A stretch of 40,000 nucleotides of DNA. Source: Marinisporobacter sp. Its GTDB lineage: Bacteria; Bacillota; Clostridia; Peptostreptococcales; Thermotaleaceae. Every line of letters starts with the position of its first letter. Position 1 is the first letter of the stretch. The notes beneath the pieces were generated by a model that did not search any database, was not told where the DNA came from, and saw only the letters and a list, made by a program, of their open reading frames with translations. Below, piece by piece: positions 34,413 through 40,000 of the stretch. The stretch is from NCBI GenBank assembly GCA_025210395.1, contig JAOARV010000031.1, positions 66,646-106,645 of the forward strand. Direction: 5' to 3'. Position numbers and translations under genes: made by a program.

Positions 34413-35303
34413 TTATAGAATCTGATCTTGTGGTACAAGAACTTTCAATCCTTTTGGCACCATTTCAAAATGAATATTGAAGCTTTTTCCTATAATGTCT
34501 CCATCTAAATTAATAGATAGTAGTTCATCACTTTTTATTTTTATTTCCTTTCCTGTATGCATGTCCACTTCTTCATAATCCACATGCTCTCCTGAAAATA
34601 TCTTTGGAAATACTCTCATGAGCTTTAACTTTGAAATTTCATCCACAACACAAACTTGAAAATCACCATCTTTTATATCTGCCATAGGAGCAATTTTCAT
34701 TCCGCCCCCATAATATTTCCCATTGGCTACTGCTACTAAGGTAATATTTTTTTTGTCCTTCCTCTCATCAATATCCACATGAATACGCTTATTTTTATAA
34801 GAAAAAAGGGTTTTCAATAATCCACCCATATACGCCCATGAGCCAGAAATGTATTTTTTGATATCTTGTGTTTCTTTTACAATCTCTGCATCAAGTCCTA
34901 CACTTGCAACATTTACAAAATATCGATCATTAGCTTTTCCACAATCAATATTTACTACTTTTCCATAGGCAATTACTTTTAAAGCTTGTTCTAAATCATT
35001 TGGAATACCTACAGTTCTAACAAAATCATTTCCTGTTCCAGATGGTATTACTCCAAGAGAAGCATCAGAACCCATCATTCCATTTACCACTTCATAAATA
35101 GTTCCATCTCCACCAACTGCTACAATTTTTTCATATCCTTTGATCACTGCATTTTTTGCTATTTCTTCTGCTTCATTTTTTCTAGTGGTTAATTTAATTT
35201 TATATGGTACATGAAAAGCGTCCATTTTTTCCTTAATCTTTTCTATAACCAAATCACAGTTTCCTTTTCCAGCTACTGGATTTACAATAAATAATATGTC
35301 CAT
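34413..35303 (-). CDS. Diacylglycerol kinase-family lipid kinase (YegS/DagK/BmrU type)
   Basis: 296 aa. NPVAGKG and VAVGGDGTIYEVVNG motifs. Confidence 0.85.
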   Translation of the reverse strand: MDILFIVNPVAGKGNCDLVIEKIKEKMDAFHVPYKIKLTTRKNEAEEIAKNAVIKGYEKIVAVGGDGTIYEVVNGMMGSDASLGVIPSGTGNDFVRTVGIPNDLEQALKVIAYGKVVNIDCGKANDRYFVNVASVGLDAEIVKETQDIKKYISGSWAYMGGLLKTLFSYKNKRIHVDIDERKDKKNITLVAVANGKYYGGGMKIAPMADIKDGDFQVCVVDEISKLKLMRVFPKIFSGEHVDYEEVDMHTGKEIKIKSDELLSINLDGDIIGKSFNIHFEMVPKGLKVLVPQDQIL

Positions 35304-35313
35304 TTACATCCCT

Positions 35314-35841
35314 CTACAATGCTATTTTTGTATATTCGTCTAAAGACCTATTTTTTGCTCGATCTAATGCTTGTATTTCTTCTGCAGAAAGAGTATGAGA
35401 TGATTTTCCTTTTTTAATCGTTTTTCCATAAAGGGCACTACTACTTCTACTATATATACTAGTAAGAATAAATCCATTATTTTGTTCATCTAACAATGCA
35501 ATAGAAAAACTTAAACTTCCACCCACATCATCAAAGGCATTGTATTGTACTAATCCTACCTTTTGAATACTATAAAGAAGTTTTTGTTGTATTGTTTCTA
35601 TAAGGGCATCCATTTGATTCATTCTAATATCTAAATGATCTATTTTTTGGTAATATTCATGAATAACTTCTTCTATGTTTTTTCCTTCCCTATTGTTAGA
35701 TAAAATCTCATATTTTTTCTTTAACTTTGATAGCTTAGCTCCCTGCATGCATATAATCATTAATAATAATATGCTAATAACAGCACTATAAAAAATAATA
35801 ATTTCTAAATTTTCTCTAATCATATTAAAGATTGGCTCCAC
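35314..35841 (-). CDS. DUF4446 family protein (TM plus coiled coil)
   Basis: 175 aa. N-terminal TM, then coiled segment. Family typically encoded near parB in Firmicutes (recalled, not searched). Confidence 0.5.
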   Translation of the reverse strand: MEPIFNMIRENLEIIIFYSAVISILLLMIICMQGAKLSKLKKKYEILSNNREGKNIEEVIHEYYQKIDHLDIRMNQMDALIETIQQKLLYSIQKVGLVQYNAFDDVGGSLSFSIALLDEQNNGFILTSIYSRSSSALYGKTIKKGKSSHTLSAEEIQALDRAKNRSLDEYTKIAL

Positions 35842-35898
35842 TAATTTCCCCCCTTTTCTAATACTTTCCTACTATATTATTATCTCATGGAAATCAAA

Positions 35899-35942
35899 AA
35901 AAATAAATAGTATGTCTAATTTTCTCACATACTATTTTTTTC
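35899..35942 (-). terminator. Terminator after the cysteine desulfurase gene (A-run/T-run flanked)
   Basis: AAATAGTATGT ... ACATACTATTT, an 11-bp stem with A8 on one side and T7 on the other. Confidence 0.7.
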
Positions 35943-35953
35943 TATTTTTATTA

Positions 35954-37105
35954 TTATTTATTTTCTAATTCATCACAAATTTTCTTTAAAGCTTCTACTG
36001 CTTTTTTTACATCTTCCTTTGTATTAAAATATCCTAAGCTAAATCTCACTGTCCCTTGCTCAAAGGTTCCCATTGTTTTATGTGCCATAGGTGCACAATG
36101 AAGACCTGAGCGAACAGCTATATTAAATACTTTATCTAATAGATAACTTACTTCTGATGAATCTTCATCTCCAATATTGATAGATATTACAGCTGCTTGC
36201 TTTTTAGCATCTACAGGACCATATATATTAATTCTATCAATTTTTTGTAACTCTAAAAGCATATGTTCTGTCAATGCTTCTTCATGTCTTTGAATTTTTT
36301 CTATTCCCTCTTTGAGAATAAATTCAATCCCTGCTCCTAATCCTACAATCCCTGGAGTATTTGGTGTTCCACTTTCATACCTATCTGGTACGATCTCTGG
36401 TTGAGTGAGCAACTCAGATTTGCTTCCTGTTCCGCCTTCCTTCATTTGCTGAAGAGCAATCCCTTCTCTGATATAAAGAAATCCTGTCCCTTGAGGTCCT
36501 AAGAGCCCTTTGTGTCCGGGAGTGGCAAGTAAATCTATATTCATTTTTTTTATATCTATATTGTATACCCCTGCTGTTTGTGCCGCATCTACTAAATATA
36601 ATATTTTGTTTTTCTTTGCAATTTTACCGATTTCCTCTATGGGCATAAGTGTTCCTGATACATTAGATGCATGCGTTGTAGCAATTAATTTAGTATTGTA
36701 TTTTATTTCCTTTTCTATAAGCTTTGGATCTATATTCCCTTTTTTATCACATGGAATAACCGTATGCTCCACACCTAATTTTTCAAGGGTCACAATTGGT
36801 CTTATCATAGAATTATGCTCCATGCTCGTTGTGATTACATGATCGCCTTCTTTTAGTATTCCCTTTAAAGCTAAGTTTAATGAATCCGTAGCATTACATG
36901 TAAAAATAATTTGCATAGGATTATCAATATTAAATAGTTTACAAATCAATTCCCTTGTCTTATAAATTGCTCTACCTGCTTCTAAAGCTAGTTTATGTCC
37001 AGATCTTCCAGGATTTGCTCCATATTCCCTCATACACTTATCCATAGCTACATATACACTTTCTGGCTTAGGGTAAGTAGTTGCAGCATTATCTAAATAA
37101 ATCAT
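35954..37105 (-). CDS. Class-V aminotransferase, cysteine desulfurase family protein
   Basis: ATG 37105 (MIYLDNAATTYPKP...) follows GGGGGG. The track's upstream extension (MFHVKQ...) is the translated parS palindrome. HKGLLGPQGTG carries the PLP lysine; SGLHCAP carries the catalytic Cys. Confidence 0.85.
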   Translation of the reverse strand: MIYLDNAATTYPKPESVYVAMDKCMREYGANPGRSGHKLALEAGRAIYKTRELICKLFNIDNPMQIIFTCNATDSLNLALKGILKEGDHVITTSMEHNSMIRPIVTLEKLGVEHTVIPCDKKGNIDPKLIEKEIKYNTKLIATTHASNVSGTLMPIEEIGKIAKKNKILYLVDAAQTAGVYNIDIKKMNIDLLATPGHKGLLGPQGTGFLYIREGIALQQMKEGGTGSKSELLTQPEIVPDRYESGTPNTPGIVGLGAGIEFILKEGIEKIQRHEEALTEHMLLELQKIDRINIYGPVDAKKQAAVISINIGDEDSSEVSYLLDKVFNIAVRSGLHCAPMAHKTMGTFEQGTVRFSLGYFNTKEDVKKAVEALKKICDELENK

Positions 37106-37148
37106 TCTAACCCCCCATTCTATTTTCATTATCATTATATGCACTACT

Positions 37149-37164
37149 TGTTTCACATGAAACA
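37149..37164. other. parS-like centromere site (15 of 16 match)
   Basis: TGTTTCACATGAAACA versus the Firmicute parS consensus TGTTNCACGTGAAACA. One central G-to-A mismatch. Confidence 0.6.
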
Positions 37165-37165
37165 A

Positions 37166-37480
37166 CTATATAGCTTGAGCTACAATAATAATATTTGTTA
37201 CTTTAAATATTTCTTTTAATAAGTTAAAATACTCTCTCATAATAATCGATCTGTGACTTTCTTTAGGCGTAATGATCATCATATCCTTTTTATGCCTTTT
37301 TATTTTTATTAAAACATTAAAATATTTTTCAAAATCTTTGTCTCCAATTTTCTGTTTTAATCTTTTAAAGTCTTCCTCTATATCTGTTCCTTTTACTCTT
37401 TCCTCCATAGGCGTAAACTTTTCCATATACACTTCCTTTGGAATATCTAGTATAGATTTCATGTATTCTTCTTCGTTCAT
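37166..37480 (-). CDS. Small protein with a DnaA-domain-I-like pattern
   Basis: 104 aa. KQKIGDKDFEKYFNVLIKIKRHKKDMMIITPKESHRSIIMREYFNLLKEIF parallels B. subtilis DnaA residues about 15-70 ([50 protein letters not shown]). RBS GGGAGGG. Confidence 0.4.
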   Translation of the reverse strand: MNEEEYMKSILDIPKEVYMEKFTPMEERVKGTDIEEDFKRLKQKIGDKDFEKYFNVLIKIKRHKKDMMIITPKESHRSIIMREYFNLLKEIFKVTNIIIVAQAI

Positions 37481-37615
37481 CCTTGTCCCTCCCTTTACTT
37501 CTGATTATATAGATTTTACCTTATGAAGCTTCATATTTTTTACGCATCCATCCAGTTTCATAAGAAATGTTACTGATCTTCTCTATTTATATTATATCAA
37601 ATGTAGCCAAGCAGT

Positions 37616-37645
37616 ATTATAGATTTTTTCTATATTTCATGTAAA
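37616..37645 (-). promoter_or_regulatory. Near-consensus sigma-A promoter for the 104-aa gene / cysteine desulfurase operon
   Basis: - strand: TTTACA (37645..37640), 18 nt, TATAAT (37621..37616), about 135 nt upstream of ATG 37480. Confidence 0.5.
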
Positions 37646-37786
37646 AAAATTCGCATTATGCTCCTGCATATGCTACTTTACACTACCTTGCTTTTTCTAA
37701 AATACATAGATATCATAAAAACAGTGTCTCCACGAAGCATAACAGGATCATCATAAATTGAATATATAAACGAGAAATCTATATTT

Positions 37787-38545
37787 CTAATCATATGAAT
37801 AAAATATACGAAAAAATAAAGAAACAATTAATATTCCTATCATTCCACTATTGATAAAAGTAACAATATAACTTCCAATAAATTTTAAATGTAGTCCTTC
37901 TAAAATCCAAATCATCCTATATATACTTATCCCCATGGTTATACAAAAAATAGAGAAATAATAAACCAATTTTGTTTTTGATGGAATATGATAAAAATTT
38001 CTTTTACCTAAATCTCTATTCCTATAAAAATATATGACTATAATCATAAATCCTATCAAAGTACTTCCGTGCTGAAAAAATTTATAAACAGGTATTTGAT
38101 AATCTATAAAACAAATATATTTTGTTAACAATGGAATTCTTTTAACAAACATTCCTCCATTATGAGTAAAGCCATCCCACAATACATGAGAAAACATGCC
38201 TGTAATTGCTGAGTAACCAAAAACAAAAAAATCTCTTATAGATTTTATAGCCCATCTACAATTGACCATATGGTGAAACCAACCGTCTATCGGTTTTGGC
38301 ATATTTAAAATAAAAGGCTTCTTTACAATATAATGAAATAGATAGGCAATCATGAAGCATAAGGGTAAATTTAAATAAAAAAATCCTTCTATTGTATGCC
38401 CTATGGTTCCCATAGGTTTAAACCTTAAAAAATATTCAAAATCTGGTGCCATACTTCCAAGAACCAAAGCTGTAAAATCAACATATTTATCAAACTTATT
38501 TTTTATAGGAATAACAATTGCTGGATGTGAAAATGTAAACGGCAT
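37787..38545 (-). CDS. DUF4184 family membrane protein
   Basis: 252 aa. Starts MPFTFSHPAIVIP, the characteristic DUF4184 N-terminus, with His-rich motifs in TM segments. Confidence 0.6.
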   Translation of the reverse strand: MPFTFSHPAIVIPIKNKFDKYVDFTALVLGSMAPDFEYFLRFKPMGTIGHTIEGFFYLNLPLCFMIAYLFHYIVKKPFILNMPKPIDGWFHHMVNCRWAIKSIRDFFVFGYSAITGMFSHVLWDGFTHNGGMFVKRIPLLTKYICFIDYQIPVYKFFQHGSTLIGFMIIVIYFYRNRDLGKRNFYHIPSKTKLVYYFSIFCITMGISIYRMIWILEGLHLKFIGSYIVTFINSGMIGILIVSLFFRIFYSYD

Positions 38546-38574
38546 TCTAACTAACTCCCTTTCATTATTTGCAT

Positions 38575-38600
38575 ATAAAAACCGCTGATGTTCAGCGGTT
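38575..38600 (-). terminator. Rho-independent terminator of parB
   Basis: AACCGCTGA, loop ACA, TCAGCGGTT, then TTTTAT on the - strand. Confidence 0.8.
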
Positions 38601-38617
38601 CATTTATAGCTTCTTAA

Positions 38618-38633
38618 AGTTTCACGTGAAACT
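38618..38633. other. parS centromere site
   Basis: AGTTTCACGTGAAACT, a perfect 16-bp palindrome. The inner 14 bp are identical to the parS consensus (GTTNCACGTGAAAC). Immediately 3' of the parB stop codon. Confidence 0.8.
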
Positions 38634-39503
38634 TTAATTCCCTTGTAATAGTTCTACTAATCTTTCTAACTCTTCATCACTATAATATTCTATCTCTATT
38701 TTACCTTTTTTCTTACCTTTTACAATATTTACTTTTGTTCCTAATCTAGTTTTTAAAGTATCTTCTATAAATATTAACGTATGATCCTTTTCTTTATTTC
38801 TTTTCTGTTTTTCTTCTTTATTTTCTATGATTTTTCCAACTAAGCTTTCAGTTTCTCTAACAGATAAATTGTTTTCAATAATTTTTTCACCTATTTGTTT
38901 TTGAATCTTAGGGTCTTCAATTCTTAACAATGCTCTAGCATGTCCATTTGATAATAAATTTTGTATAACCATTTCCCTAACTTCATCTGTAAGATTAAGA
39001 AGTCTTACTATATTAGCAATATAAGGTCTACTTTTTCCTATGCTTGATGATATTTGTTCTTGTGTTAATTGATAGGATTCTATTAAAGTTTTATATGCTA
39101 ACGCTTCCTCTATAGGATTTAAATCTTCTCTTTGTAAATTTTCAATGAGTGCAATTTCCATACGTCCTTTTTCATCTATATCTTTTATGATACATGGTAT
39201 TTCCTTAAGCCCTGCTTGTCTACAAGCTTTCCATCTTCTTTCTCCCGCTATAATCTCATATCCTTCTTCAATAGTTCTTACTACAATAGGCTGTAAAACA
39301 CCATGATTTTTAATAGACTCTGCTAATGTATCTAGCTTCTCTTGATTAAAATTTTTTCTTGGCTGATTCCTATTTGGTTTAATTTGATTGATATTAACTT
39401 GATCAATCTCTCCTTTAGGTTCTTTCTTTTTTTCTGTATCTGCATTTCTTTCAGGAATAAGGGCACTAAGACCTTTTCCCAAGCCACTTCTTTTTTTTGC
39501 CAA
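38634..39503 (-). CDS. parB: Chromosome partitioning protein ParB/Spo0J
   Basis: 289 aa. GLGKGLSALI, QPRK.F, GVLQPIVVR, IIAGERRWKA boxes. TTG start directly after the parA stop. Confidence 0.95.
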   Translation of the reverse strand: MAKKRSGLGKGLSALIPERNADTEKKKEPKGEIDQVNINQIKPNRNQPRKNFNQEKLDTLAESIKNHGVLQPIVVRTIEEGYEIIAGERRWKACRQAGLKEIPCIIKDIDEKGRMEIALIENLQREDLNPIEEALAYKTLIESYQLTQEQISSSIGKSRPYIANIVRLLNLTDEVREMVIQNLLSNGHARALLRIEDPKIQKQIGEKIIENNLSVRETESLVGKIIENKEEKQKRNKEKDHTLIFIEDTLKTRLGTKVNIVKGKKKGKIEIEYYSDEELERLVELLQGN

Positions 39504-40000
39504 TTATATCACATCCTCATCACTATCTTCTTCTAGGTATAAAAATTCATCTGCAAATTCAGAATATGCTTCTGCTCCTTTAGATTTTGGATCATATTCA
39601 ATAATAGATAAGCCATAACTAGGTGCTTCTGCTAATCGAACATTTCTAGGAATTAATGTCGTATATACTTTTCCTCTAAAATATTTTTTTACTTCATCAA
39701 CTACTTGTATAGAAAGATTGGTTCTTCCATCAAACATACTAAGGACTACTCCTTGAACTTCCAAATTGGAGTTTAAGCTTTCTCTTACAAGTTTAATGGT
39801 ATTCATTAATTGACTAACCCCTTCTAATGCATAATATTCACATTGAATAGGAATCATCACGCTATCTACAGCAGTTAATGAATTAATTGTTAAAAGTCCT
39901 AATGATGGTGGACAATCTATAAATACATAATCATATTCATTTTTCACTTGATCTATTGCTTTTTTTAGTCTTGTCTCTCTGCCTTCCATTCCTGTCATTT
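39504..40000 (-). CDS. parA: Chromosome partitioning ATPase ParA/Soj (C-terminal part; N-terminus beyond window end)
   Basis: YDYVFIDCPPSLGLLTINSLTA...IPRNVRLAEAPSYG are typical Soj/ParA motifs. The ORF is open to nt 40000. Confidence 0.95.
   Translation of the reverse strand, partial: MTGMEGRETRLKKAIDQVKNEYDYVFIDCPPSLGLLTINSLTAVDSVMIPIQCEYYALEGVSQLMNTIKLVRESLNSNLEVQGVVLSMFDGRTNLSIQVVDEVKKYFRGKVYTTLIPRNVRLAEAPSYGLSIIEYDPKSKGAEAYSEFADEFLYLEEDSDEDVI

Noticed and set aside
37106-37165. N-terminal extension of the cysteine desulfurase (MFHVKQVVHIMIMKIEWGVR)
   Set aside because: It is the translation of the parS-like palindrome and the RBS region. The conserved MIYLDNAATTYP start at 37105 has its own RBS.
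1-40000. tRNA, rRNA, riboswitch or CRISPR features
   Set aside because: Intergenic regions are short or extremely AT-rich. No cloverleaf-compatible GC-rich segments, conserved riboswitch cores or spaced short repeats were seen by eye. This cannot be excluded without covariance-model scans.

Overview
Low-GC, Clostridia-type Firmicute chromosome next to the origin-proximal partition genes: parA/soj and parB/spo0J sit at the right edge, with two parS-like palindromes. All family calls come from reading motifs by eye; no database search was run.

Ordinary chromosomal genes:
- 1-10.4 kb: MCP, DUF951, MscS, DUF3343+YedF, CvpA, YkvI-like permease, CaCA antiporter, EamA transporter, Crh/HPr-like protein, PlsC.
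- 27-40 kb: a disrupted ytrA/GntR regulator with an ABC transporter, a Met-rich secreted protein, TspO, a TPR protein, YyaC, YkuS, a DAG-kinase-like lipid kinase, DUF4446, a class-V cysteine desulfurase, a DnaA-domain-I-like small protein, DUF4184, ParB, ParA.

The central 16.4 kb (10472-26841, 26 ORFs, all on the - strand) is a PBSX-like contractile-tail gene cluster. It has no head, packaging, integration or replication genes, so it looks like an R-type tailocin or domesticated tail module.

Most notable features of this locus:
1. Two tandem, divergent copies of the whole specificity cassette (baseplate J, XkdU-like, fibre, accessory ORF, about 42-aa ORF, XkdX), separated by an intrinsic terminator.
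2. A near-consensus LexA (Cheo) box overlapping an extended -10 promoter upstream of a sigma-region-4/ArpU-like regulator.
3. A 62-nt promoter-like module present both upstream of that regulator and upstream of the structural operon.
4. An in-frame 333-bp tandem duplication in the tape-measure gene.
5. A canonical A_AAA_AAC -1 frameshift site in the tail chaperone gene.
6. A GH73 glucosaminidase embedded inside the second baseplate cassette, away from the holin.
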